Both the position numbers and the translations under genes were made by a program. The notes under the pieces are model-generated. The model had not been told where the DNA came from and did not search any database. It saw nothing but the letters and a program-made list of their open reading frames with translations. Source: Megasphaera elsdenii DSM 20460 (lineage in GTDB: Bacteria > Bacillota > Negativicutes > Veillonellales > Megasphaeraceae). From it: a stretch of DNA of 32,000 nucleotides. Shown here in pieces: positions 8,204-15,888 of the stretch; within the stretch, counting starts at the first letter, position 1, and each line of letters starts with the position of its first letter. The stretch lies in contig NZ_CP027570.1 in the NCBI RefSeq assembly GCF_003010495.1, positions 1,980,001-2,012,000 of the forward strand, in the 5' to 3' direction.

Positions 8204-8893
8204 ATGGGTTACATGATTAATGACAATGCGGATATTATTACTGGTAATTGTGTTGATTATATCAATGACGTTGTGTCGAAAGCACACAATCCGATAATCG
8301 TAAGCGATCCGCCATTCAATGTCGGGTATCACTACGGCAAATACAAAGACCGCATGGATGACACTGAATACTATGAAATGATGGGAGATATCTTTTCCCT
8401 TTGCCCGTCTGTAATCGTTCACTATCCTGAAAGTTTATATAAGATTTCGTTTCAGATGAAAGTTACTCCGAACAGGGTTGTTTCATGGGTATATAACTCG
8501 AACACTAAAAGGCAACACAGAGATATTGCATTTTTTAACATTGAGCCTGATTTTGAAAAAGTCAGACAGCCTTACAAGAACCCTAATGATAAACGTATAA
8601 AAGCGTTGATTTCCAAGGGGCATAAGGGGGCGGCTCTATACGATTGGTGGAATATCAACCAGGTCAAAAACGTATCTAAACAAAAGACTGGCCACCCTTG
8701 CCAAATGCCACTAAAGGTTATGGAAAATGTTATAGGCGTTCTTCCTGATGATGTTACGATCATCGACCCATTTTGTGGTAGCGGGACGACGTTAGTGGCG
8801 GCAAAAAAGCTGAACAGGAAATACGTTGGAATAGAAATAGACGAAAATTATGTAGCGATTGCTAATGAAAGGCTTTCGTTTGATGTGGCATAA
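8204..8893 (+). CDS. orphan beta-class DNA methyltransferase (N6-adenine or N4-cytosine)
   Basis: Motif IV SDPPF comes before motif I DPFCGSGTT (beta permutation). The ATG at 8204 follows AAGGAG. No adjacent restriction endonuclease gene. Confidence 0.85.
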   Translation: MGYMINDNADIITGNCVDYINDVVSKAHNPIIVSDPPFNVGYHYGKYKDRMDDTEYYEMMGDIFSLCPSVIVHYPESLYKISFQMKVTPNRVVSWVYNSNTKRQHRDIAFFNIEPDFEKVRQPYKNPNDKRIKALISKGHKGAALYDWWNINQVKNVSKQKTGHPCQMPLKVMENVIGVLPDDVTIIDPFCGSGTTLVAAKKLNRKYVGIEIDENYVAIANERLSFDVA

Positions 8894-8915
8894 ATATTAT
8901 ACAAAGGAGAAAATC

Positions 8916-9134
8916 ATGGAAAAAGATTACTTGAAATTAATGGAAATTAGCAGTCAAGCATCTACTATTAGCGGCATCACAAGAACTCTGACTAAAGATA
9001 TTCAAGAGGGGGAACATGGTAATTACACTTTCGGATATGTTCCTGCGGCTAGCACTAAGACCAGAATCCACAACAAGATTGTTATGTTGCGCGGTGAACT
9101 TAACCGCTTAGACAAGATGATTCAGGGGGTATAA
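8916..9134 (+). CDS. hypothetical protein (72 aa)
   Basis: The ATG at 8916 follows AAGGAG. Lies within ORF 8859..9134. Confidence 0.6.
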   Translation: MEKDYLKLMEISSQASTISGITRTLTKDIQEGEHGNYTFGYVPAASTKTRIHNKIVMLRGELNRLDKMIQGV

Positions 9135-9137
9135 ATT

Positions 9138-9344
9138 ATGAGTTTTGCTTCTGCTGTGTTCTCCCTTATGAGAGGACACAAAGTTAAACGGCGTCATTGG
9201 ACTGGATACTGGTATTTCGATAAGGAAAGAAACACCGTTATTATGCATATGCATGATGGCAGAGAACAAGATATTCGTGAAACGCAGGATATCCTCGACA
9301 CTCTTTCTAATTGTGCCGCAGACGATTGGGAGGTTATTGTCTAA
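9138..9344 (+). CDS. DUF2829-like small protein (family that includes the Thoeris anti-defence protein Tad2)
   Basis: FASAVFSLMRGHKVKRRHWTGYWYF...CAADDWEVIV matches the DUF2829 pattern as I recall it (A...l..Gkkv.R..W ... DW.vi). Confidence 0.55.
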   Translation: MSFASAVFSLMRGHKVKRRHWTGYWYFDKERNTVIMHMHDGREQDIRETQDILDTLSNCAADDWEVIV

Positions 9345-9574
9345 TGGTAACTACTGCTATTATTACGTTACAGATGTTATTTATTATTTTAAAGGTTGTA
9401 GGAGTTCTTGTTTGGAGTTGGCCAGTAATCTTTACTCCTATTATTGTTTTGGCTGTACTTAGTGTTCTAAGTCTACTTCTAGCTGCCTTAATTGCCAAAT
9501 TATTCGGTATTAATTTGAGTTGGAGTAAGAAAGACAAATGTTTTTATTACAGACACCACGAGGAGGAGAAATGA
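9344..9574 (+). CDS. small membrane protein (two predicted TM helices)
   Basis: The ATG overlaps the previous stop (TAATG). Hydrophobic stretches are TAIITLQMLFIILKVVGVLVW and IIVLAVLSVLSLLLAALIAKLF. Confidence 0.55.
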   Translation: MVTTAIITLQMLFIILKVVGVLVWSWPVIFTPIIVLAVLSVLSLLLAALIAKLFGINLSWSKKDKCFYYRHHEEEK

Positions 9575-9840
9575 AACAGCAAGTTGATTTAGCAGAAGGG
9601 ATTCCGAAACCGGAGTGGTACGGGGAACATTATGAAGGTGATGTTCAGCCTATCGAGCTTATGCAGGCTCAGTTCAACACCGAAGAGTTCACCGGTGGGC
9701 TTCTGTTTAATATCATCAAGTACGCGTCCCGGTTTGGTAAGAAAGATGAACCGATTAAGGATGCCAAGAAGATTCTCCGGTATGCAGAATGGCTCGTAGA
9801 CCATTGCGAGGGGAAAAAAGTAGACCCTAGAAAGGACTAG
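9571..9840 (+). CDS. DUF3310-like phage protein
   Basis: The ATG at 9571 follows GAGGAGGAG. HYEGDVQPIEL...FNIIKYASRFGKKDEPIKDAKKILRYAEWL matches the DUF3310 pattern as I recall it. Confidence 0.6.
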   Translation: MKQQVDLAEGIPKPEWYGEHYEGDVQPIELMQAQFNTEEFTGGLLFNIIKYASRFGKKDEPIKDAKKILRYAEWLVDHCEGKKVDPRKD

Positions 9841-9844
9841 ATAT

Positions 9845-10342
9845 ATGATGTTGTATGCCCATGATATTGCACTTATTTTTGACATGGAGCCAAACAAGAC
9901 TTTTGCTGTTCGCCGTTTCAACTGCGAAAACGATTTAATCGGCTTCTTCTACTTCGACATGGATAAGGGATTGCGTAATGCCACCAACGACGCCGTATCC
10001 AAAAACGTACTCTTGAATCTGTTGGATGGAGAATATTACATCGACAAATGCACCGTGCAGGAAAAGAAGGAAGAGAAAGTTAAACCTAGTTCCAAAGAGA
10101 AGTTCAAACCTCATATCGGGGAACGGTATTGGTATATTCCTCTTCCTAGCCACACGGAAAAGAGTGCCATCTTTGGCAGTGTTAAAAGCTTTGAACAGAG
10201 CTTGAGTAGTAATTTCTTCCGTACGAGAGAGGAAGCTCGAAAAGGTAAGAAGGAAATCATTGCACAATACGAATCTTTCCAGAAAGAATGTGGAAAGTAT
10301 ATTCAGGACAAAAAGAGATTGGAGGCGTTCTTCGTTGACTAG
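9845..10342 (+). CDS. hypothetical protein (165 aa)
   Basis: ORF with Lys/Glu-rich, phage-like composition. The 182-aa antisense ORF looks non-coding. Confidence 0.65.
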   Translation: MMLYAHDIALIFDMEPNKTFAVRRFNCENDLIGFFYFDMDKGLRNATNDAVSKNVLLNLLDGEYYIDKCTVQEKKEEKVKPSSKEKFKPHIGERYWYIPLPSHTEKSAIFGSVKSFEQSLSSNFFRTREEARKGKKEIIAQYESFQKECGKYIQDKKRLEAFFVD

Positions 10343-10787
10343 TTTAGAAAAGAATCTTTTAGACCAAGTAACATTTATCGTAGATAAAGAAAACCGGATC
10401 GTAAAATGCCTCCCGAAATATGCGAAAGAAATGGGACTGCAAAGAGCTACGGAATGTATCGTAGCAAATATGGTTAATGACAAGATGGAAATTTATGCGG
10501 TATCAGAGAGTGGACTTCTTTTTACCCCGGCGTTTAAACAGTATCGGCTCAATAAGAATCAGTGCTTTGCTGTTGCGAAATGCTCACCGAATGATACCTT
10601 CGACGAGAAGGTTGGCAAGCGGGTAGCCTTCAATAAGCTGAAACTCCGATTGGTAAGGGTAGCGGCGAAAGTGTCAGCTAAAATTTCGTATAACGCATCC
10701 CAAGCTTGTATATGCTTCGATTTAGATACCATTGATGCTTTAGATAATTTAGCTGACACCATGTACAATAACAAAAAGAAGGAGTGA
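10335..10787 (+). CDS. hypothetical protein; probable TTG start
   Basis: ORF 10260..10787. The TTG at 10335 lies 9 nt after GGAGG (10321-10325). Contains the AVAKCSPNDTFDEKVGKRVAFNK motif, which is common in small phage proteins. Confidence 0.55.
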   Translation: MTSLEKNLLDQVTFIVDKENRIVKCLPKYAKEMGLQRATECIVANMVNDKMEIYAVSESGLLFTPAFKQYRLNKNQCFAVAKCSPNDTFDEKVGKRVAFNKLKLRLVRVAAKVSAKISYNASQACICFDLDTIDALDNLADTMYNNKKKE

Positions 10788-10792
10788 TTCTA

Positions 10793-11332
10793 ATGAATTC
10801 TTTCAATCCAATGGATGTTTCTAATTGTAAACTACCGGTTGTAAATAAAGGAATTACCCTTACAGAGATACCTAATCGTATCTCTGTATTTTTTGAAATC
10901 GGCAACTGTACCTGTCATTGTGATGGGTGTCACAGTCCAGAGCTTTGGGACACTAACTACACAATACCGAATATGACGGTTCAGGAAATCGTTGATTATG
11001 TCGATGAACAGTACAAGCTCGGAGCAAATGCCGTAGTTCTCATGGGCGGGATGAATAATAAAGATGTTTCAAAGGATGTATTTACTATTTTATTACTTGA
11101 ACTGTCTACTAGACAAGTTGGTATTTACGTTGGTTCAGATGATTTAAAGTGGTTGCCATTGCTTCCGGTTAGATGGATAAAAGCTGGTGGGTATGAGAAA
11201 GACAAAGGAGGGCTTGATTCTCCGACAACGAACCAGCGGTTCTATGAATATGATCCCACTAATCGGGTGTGGGAGGATAAAACCAAAGAATATTTCCAGA
11301 GGAGTGATAATAATGAAGAAGAAAATCTGTAA
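10793..11332 (+). CDS. nrdG: anaerobic ribonucleotide reductase activating protein (radical SAM, NrdG-like)
   Basis: Cys cluster GNCTCHCDGCHSPELW near the N-terminus. About 180 aa, located immediately upstream of nrdD. The ATG at 10793 follows GGAG. Confidence 0.7.
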   Translation: MNSFNPMDVSNCKLPVVNKGITLTEIPNRISVFFEIGNCTCHCDGCHSPELWDTNYTIPNMTVQEIVDYVDEQYKLGANAVVLMGGMNNKDVSKDVFTILLLELSTRQVGIYVGSDDLKWLPLLPVRWIKAGGYEKDKGGLDSPTTNQRFYEYDPTNRVWEDKTKEYFQRSDNNEEENL

Positions 11333-11576
11333 GTTCTATATTGACAACTGTTTCCATTGCAATCGAATCAGCGGCACATTCGCAAAGCTGGCTGAAAAGT
11401 ATAAAAACGAGATTGATTTTGAGAATAAAAGGGTAGAATCCTCCCTAATGGAGAAAAAATACAATCTGCACATTTACCCGACAGTTGTTGTCTATGATGG
11501 CGATAAAGAGATTGACCGGATTGAGGGGGTTATTCCACCGGAAGTATTAAAAGATTTTGTTGAGGAGGCTCTTTGA
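11313..11576 (+). CDS. thioredoxin/glutaredoxin-like redox protein
   Basis: CxxC motif (DNCFHCN) plus a cis-Pro-like IYPTVVVY. 87 aa. The ATG at 11313 follows GGAG. Confidence 0.65.
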   Translation: MKKKICKFYIDNCFHCNRISGTFAKLAEKYKNEIDFENKRVESSLMEKKYNLHIYPTVVVYDGDKEIDRIEGVIPPEVLKDFVEEAL

Positions 11577-12187
11577 TGACAAATAAAAAATCGTTCTTTA
11601 ACTATCTTACACCGGAACAGATTCAGAAAAAGGTAGATTTCATTAATTTTTATATCGGGGCCACCAATAACGCATCGGCTTCCTTGGTAGACCCTAACTC
11701 CAATGTCTCTGAAAAGAATATGGGTACACTCAAGGAAGAGATGTATAAATTCGAGAACATCCAAGTCAGCCGCAAAATCATCAAAGACAAAATCACGGAA
11801 ATGTTTGGAGATGATTTAGCCGACCAGTACGAGGAAGATATTGAAAGCCATCTTCTGTATTGCCATGATGAAACATTGGCCGCTTTTCTCCCTTATTGCG
11901 CTTCTGTCACGATGTATCCATTTTTGTTGAATGGGACGAAATGTTTGGGTGGTACAAGTAAAGCACCGAAGAATCTCCAATCTTTCTGCGGCTCGTTTGT
12001 TAATCTGGTGTACCAGCTGGCTACGAACTGGGCTGGAGCAACGGCGACCGTAGAATTCCTTATGTATTTTGACTATTTTGCCCGGAAACAGTATGGGGAC
12101 AACTACCTTTCTGTAGCTAGAGACCGCATTGCCCAAGAGTTGCAAGGTGTTGTCTACGCTCTTAACCAACCAGCGGCGGCACGTGGT
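11576..12187 (+). CDS. nrdD: anaerobic ribonucleoside-triphosphate reductase NrdD, exon 1
   Basis: The ATG at 11576 lies 7 nt after GAGGAGG. The product ends ...VYALNQPAAARG, which continues as NQSVFWNIS at 12440. T4 and E. coli NrdD have an RGGNQVVFSS / RAGAQVPFSS type motif, as I recall it. Confidence 0.8.
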
Positions 12188-12439
12188 AAGTAATATTGCC
12201 ACTACACATCTAATCGTTTATCAGCGAAGTCGTTGATTATTCAACGGCTGTCGGGGAAAGCTAAAGCCATTCAGGTATGCTAATCCCGAGCCAAGCTAAA
12301 CTGAAAGCAGTTTAGAAGGTGTATCGACTATCCCCTGTTGTGGGGGAGTAGGGGAGCTATTGATACGTTCCTCGAAATGGTGTGCTAACATTTGTTAGTA
12401 AGAGATAGTCAGAGCCTACGTGAAAGCGTGGGGTACTCG
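12188..12439 (+). ncRNA. group I intron (252 nt, no ORF) in nrdD
   Basis: The 5' exon ends in U (12187). A 5-bp P1 pairs 12183-12187 (GUGGU) with 12198-12202 (GCCAC), with a G.U wobble at the splice site. The last intron nucleotide is G (12439). Internal hairpins include ctaaactg/cagtttag and a GAAA tetraloop stem at 12415-12433. Splicing restores the NrdD frame. Confidence 0.7.
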
Positions 12440-14173
12440 AATCAATCGGTGTTTTGGAATATCTCTGTGTTCGATAAATATTACTTCGATAGTATCTTCG
12501 GTGGTTTCCGTTTCCCCGATGGCACTCAGCCAGATTACGATAGTTTGAGCCGGTTACAGAAATTCTTTATGGAATGGTTCCGAAAAGAGCGAAAGAAAGA
12601 ACTCCTCACTTATCCGGTACTTACTGCCGCTGTATTACTGGACGAGGACAAGAAACCGAAAGATGGGGATTTCGCGTGGTTCCTTGCCGAGGAAATGTCT
12701 AAAGGATTGTCCTTCTTCATCTATGAATCTCAGAGTGCAGACTCTCTTGCGTCGTGCTGTTTTGACGCTAATCAACGAGTATTAGTACGTAACGAAGATG
12801 GCGTTAAACTTATCCGAATTGGTGATTTTAAACCAATGAGCAATTTAACTATATTCTTCGATGGGAGTTGGGTAAAAGGTAGTTTTGTGAAAGCAACTCC
12901 TACCGATAAAATGTATCGAATTGTAACGTCCAATAAAAAAGAAGTTTTTTGCACATCTAATCACATTTTCCCAACGATGGATGGAGATAAAAGGGCAGAT
13001 GAAATTACTACTGACGACTGGCTTATGTTCAACGATAGAGCTTATAAAGAAGGCAGTGGGGAGTATAAAGATGGATTCCTTATTGGAATGTATTTGGGAG
13101 ACGGTTCTATTTACGAACGGGAAAAATGTAATTCTGTCGAAGTTACCCTCTCACTGAATGAGGATAAGGTTAAGAAATGTATTGAATACCTACCCGGTTG
13201 GCATTTATACAGCTCTAAAAATAACGTTATATTTGCCAAGACAACTGACAAGAACATTGCTGAATTTATTAAATACTGGGTTAAGGGAAGTAGATGCAAC
13301 ACCAAAGAGCTTAATATGGATGTTTGTAATAAAAGCTTAGATTTTCGTCGGGGTATTCTTGATGGATTTTACGCAACCGACGGAGGAAATAGCAACAGAA
13401 TTTATACAACATCTAAAAAACTAGCAGAACAAATGGAAGCTATGCTTACCACAATGGGTATCCAGACTATCTTGGATGTAAGCGATAGGACTAACGAAAA
13501 GGTTGTCGTTCGCGGGGAAGAGTTTACTCGCAATTTCCCTTTGTATTGCATCCGTTGGTATGAACCTAAAAATAAACGCTCTATGGGTGATGTATATAAA
13601 ATAACAATTAACGGAACTTTCTTTAAAGTATCCGAGGTTCAGGAAATAACGAACTACGATGAACCTGTATATTGCTTTAATATGGCAGATGGCAAGGAAC
13701 CATATTTCACATTGGCTAATGGTATTCAGACGCATAACTGTCGACTCCGCAACGAACTGGCCGACAACACATTTTCCTATACGTTAGGCGCTGGTGGTGT
13801 ATCTACTGGTTCTTTCCGAGTTATTACCATCAACATGAACCGATATGTTCAGCAGTATGAAAGTAAGTTGCCATTTGGTGATTTGATTAGTCGTATCCAT
13901 AAATACCTCGCCGCTCATCGAGCTGTAATCAAACATTACATCGAGCTGGGTATGTTACCGGCTTATACGGCGCAGTTCATTAACTTTGATACACAGTTCG
14001 GGACTATTGGTATCAACGGTATGTTGGAAGCTATGGAATATAAAGGCTTCTCCCCGACAGTAGATAAAGAAACATATCAGCAAGCAGTATCCAAATACCT
14101 TAAAGCGATTTACGACCTCAATAAGGCGGACATGGTTGTATATGGGTTCCGGTTTAACACCGAGTTCGTGCCT
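12440..14173 (+). CDS. nrdD: NrdD exon 2 (contains an in-frame intein at 12758..13738); the gene then breaks off at a second intron
   Basis: NQSVFWNISVFD... SLASC-[intein]-CRLRNELADNTFSYTLGAGGVSTGS ... FRFNTEFVP. The annotated ORF tail KMRGHIAA* is intron read-through. Confidence 0.8.
12758..13738 (+). mobile_element. intein (327 aa) with LAGLIDADG homing endonuclease domain, inserted in the NrdD SCCRL motif
   Basis: Block A CFDANQRVLV, block B CTSNHIF. LAGLIDADG motifs GFLIGMYLGDGSI and RRGILDGFYATDGG. C-terminal ...IQTHN is followed by a +1 Cys. Removing the intein gives SLASC-CRLRN. Confidence 0.85.
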
Positions 14174-14566
14174 AAAATGCGTGGGCACATAGCGGCATAA
14201 TACATAAACCGCTATAAGAAAACTCCTTTTAATTGACTTGAAGTCCCAGAAGTGGGTAACAAGGCGCAAGCGTAATGGTAGCGTGAACGACTAAATAAAG
14301 GAGGGCCACTTCGGTGGTTGTGCGATAGTCTGAACCGACGATATAACAAAATGAAACGTCGGAGTCGTGGTCAAGTGTAAAGACACTTTTGGAAGAACCA
14401 CGACCGCCTATAAACCTTACCCTCCGGGAAGGAGGGCTTATGAAAAAATGTTGTTTTTGTGGTGTTACTGAAGAAAATGCAAGAGTAGAAAAGTATCATG
14501 GAAAATACTTTTGTCACAAACACTACATACAATACATGAGGCATGGTAAATGCTTCGATAGAACTA
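14174..14566 (+). mobile_element. 5' part of a second group I intron in nrdD carrying an HNH-type homing endonuclease gene; cut off by IS copy 2
   Basis: The exon ends in U (14173). A 6-bp P1 pairs 14168-14173 (GUGCCU) with 14183-14188 (GGGCAC), with a G.U wobble. Stems include atagcgg/ccgctat, a gccac-UUCG-gtggt hairpin, cgacg/cgtcg and gtcgtggt/accacgac. The NrdD frame stops making sense after NTEFVP. Confidence 0.65.
14440..14566 (+). pseudogene. N-terminal 42 codons of an intron-encoded HNH/zinc-ribbon homing endonuclease, truncated by the IS
   Basis: MKKCCFCGVTEENARVEKYHGKYFCHKHYIQYMRHGKCFDRT carries the C..C...C.KHY.....G repeat typical of phage HNH endonuclease N-termini. Its GGAGGG RBS (14431-14436) pairs with CCCTCC (14420-14425). 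Confidence 0.55.
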
Positions 14567-14615
14567 TGGTCCTATGTCAAGATTTCGGACAAATTAAATT
14601 GAGGTTTTTCGTTTC

Positions 14616-15530
14616 TTAGATTCCCAGACGCATATTATGTTTCTGGAAATCAGCATACAGCTTTTCATAGTCATCCGGTGACATGTAGTTGCAATGGCTA
14701 TGAATGCGTACGGTGTTGTAAAAGGTATTGATGTATTCAAACACCAACAAGTACGCTTGCTGATAATTTTGAATCTTGAAGCGATTGAGCCATTCCCGTT
14801 TAATCAGGGAGTGGAAGGATTCGATGCAGGCATTGTCCCATGGATAGCCTTTCTTCGAATAGCTGCGGCGCATTTGGGATGTCTCCCGAATATATGCCTG
14901 CGAAACATACTGGCAGCCACGGTCCGAATGGATAACCAACAGCTGTCCGGGTTTCCGGCATTGTTTGGCTTCCTGCAGCATCTTGACGATGCCGGCGACG
15001 TCCAGATTACGGGCCAGATTCCAGGCGATGATTTTCCTGGAGAACAAATCCATAATGCTTTCCAAATAGACGAAACCTTCAGCTGTCCAGATATAGGTGA
15101 TGTCGCTGCACCATACTTGATCCGGTTCTTCAGGATTGAAGCATTCCTGAAGGATATTCACCAGCGCCACGTCAAAGTCACTGTTACGGGTCGTTACGGT
15201 GTAATGCTTTACCCAGCAGGCCTGAATGCCCATTTGCCGCATGTATACGCCAACTGTGCGTTCAGAGATACTGTCCCCGTTCTGCTGCATAACTTGGGCA
15301 ATCTTCGGGGCTCCGTAAATCTGCTTGGAATCGTCGTAGATAGTTTGAATCTTTTTCTTCATCTCCTTGCGGTGCTGGGCCTGTTTCGATGGTTTGCGCG
15401 CCGCCCAGTCATAATATCCTGAAGAAGAAACGTCGAGTTCAGAAAGCACTCCGGACACCGAAAAACGACGTTCTGCCTGATGGGCATTTTCGGCTTCTTC
15501 CTGGACACTGCGATAGATGGCAATGGTCAT
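14616..15530 (-). CDS. IS3-family transposase OrfB (copy 2); A7G frameshift site at 15550-15557
   Basis: Predicted product identical to that of 4098..5012. Confidence 0.9.
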   Translation of the reverse strand: MTIAIYRSVQEEAENAHQAERRFSVSGVLSELDVSSSGYYDWAARKPSKQAQHRKEMKKKIQTIYDDSKQIYGAPKIAQVMQQNGDSISERTVGVYMRQMGIQACWVKHYTVTTRNSDFDVALVNILQECFNPEEPDQVWCSDITYIWTAEGFVYLESIMDLFSRKIIAWNLARNLDVAGIVKMLQEAKQCRKPGQLLVIHSDRGCQYVSQAYIRETSQMRRSYSKKGYPWDNACIESFHSLIKREWLNRFKIQNYQQAYLLVFEYINTFYNTVRIHSHCNYMSPDDYEKLYADFQKHNMRLGI

Positions 15531-15808
15531 TTGTCCAGAATGCTGATAGCTTTTTTTAGGACATTCAACGCATCCTTCGCATCCCGCAGTTCACGCTGCA
15601 GACGGGCGATTTCCTTAGCTTCATCCGAAGCATAGTTGCCGGAACCACGATAAGGCATTTCGCCATTGTCCTTCAGCTGCTTTTGCCAACGGGACAAGGT
15701 TTGTGGAGCAATACCTAGATTCGTAGCACAGCCAACCAAGCCGAGTTCCCGATGTTCATGATAATATTTAACTGCGTTGATTTTGAATTCTTTGTTGAAT
15801 TTTGCCAT
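15527..15808 (-). CDS. IS3-family transposase OrfA (copy 2)
   Basis: Predicted product identical to that of 5009..5290. Confidence 0.9.
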   Translation of the reverse strand: MAKFNKEFKINAVKYYHEHRELGLVGCATNLGIAPQTLSRWQKQLKDNGEMPYRGSGNYASDEAKEIARLQRELRDAKDALNVLKKAISILDK

Positions 15809-15888
15809 ACTGAGGCCTCCTTAGTTAATCCTATTGTACCACCATTAGGAACCTCAGTTTGACTTGTCCTATTTATATGCTAACACCA

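Larger units (their letters stand above)
14567..15888 (-). mobile_element. IS3-family insertion sequence, copy 2, identical to copy 1, no target site duplication
   Basis: The predicted ORFs are identical to copy 1 at a constant offset of 10518 bp, and the terminal sequences compared base by base are identical too. The left flank ends ...GAACTA and the right flank starts TGGTCT..., so there is no 3-bp direct repeat. Confidence 0.9.

Noticed and set aside
9935-10483. 182-aa - strand ORF
   Set aside because: It is antisense to two well-supported + strand genes. Its Phe/Leu/Ser-rich product is what the complement of Lys/Glu-rich coding sequence produces. All other phage genes are on the + strand.
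14201-14439. Highly structured non-coding stretch after the NrdD ORF as a possible tRNA or sRNA gene. Also the ORF-track start at 14389 (MEEPRPP...).
   Set aside because: No cloverleaf could be drawn. The stems are better explained as group I intron paired regions upstream of the HNH ORF. The 14389 start has no RBS, whereas the ATG at 14440 follows GGAGGG.
4049-15888. The IS pair with the intervening 9.2 kb acting as a composite transposon
   Set aside because: The outer flanks do not share a target duplication (GTA to the left of copy 1, TGG to the right of copy 2). Copy 1 has its own private GTA/GTA duplication. The cargo is ordinary phage replication genes in their expected order, so two independent events explain the data better.
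15859-15888. TTG start inside the IS right end reading into the truncated tail gene (and the analogous 5346 TTG reading into the nuclease remnant), possibly giving IS-driven fusion proteins. TTGACT at the same spot could act as an outward -35.
   Set aside because: The ORF caller accepts any TTG. The SD is weak (AGGA), and no convincing -10 follows TTGACT at the correct spacing. The two copies enter their downstream genes in different frames, so this looks like coincidence.
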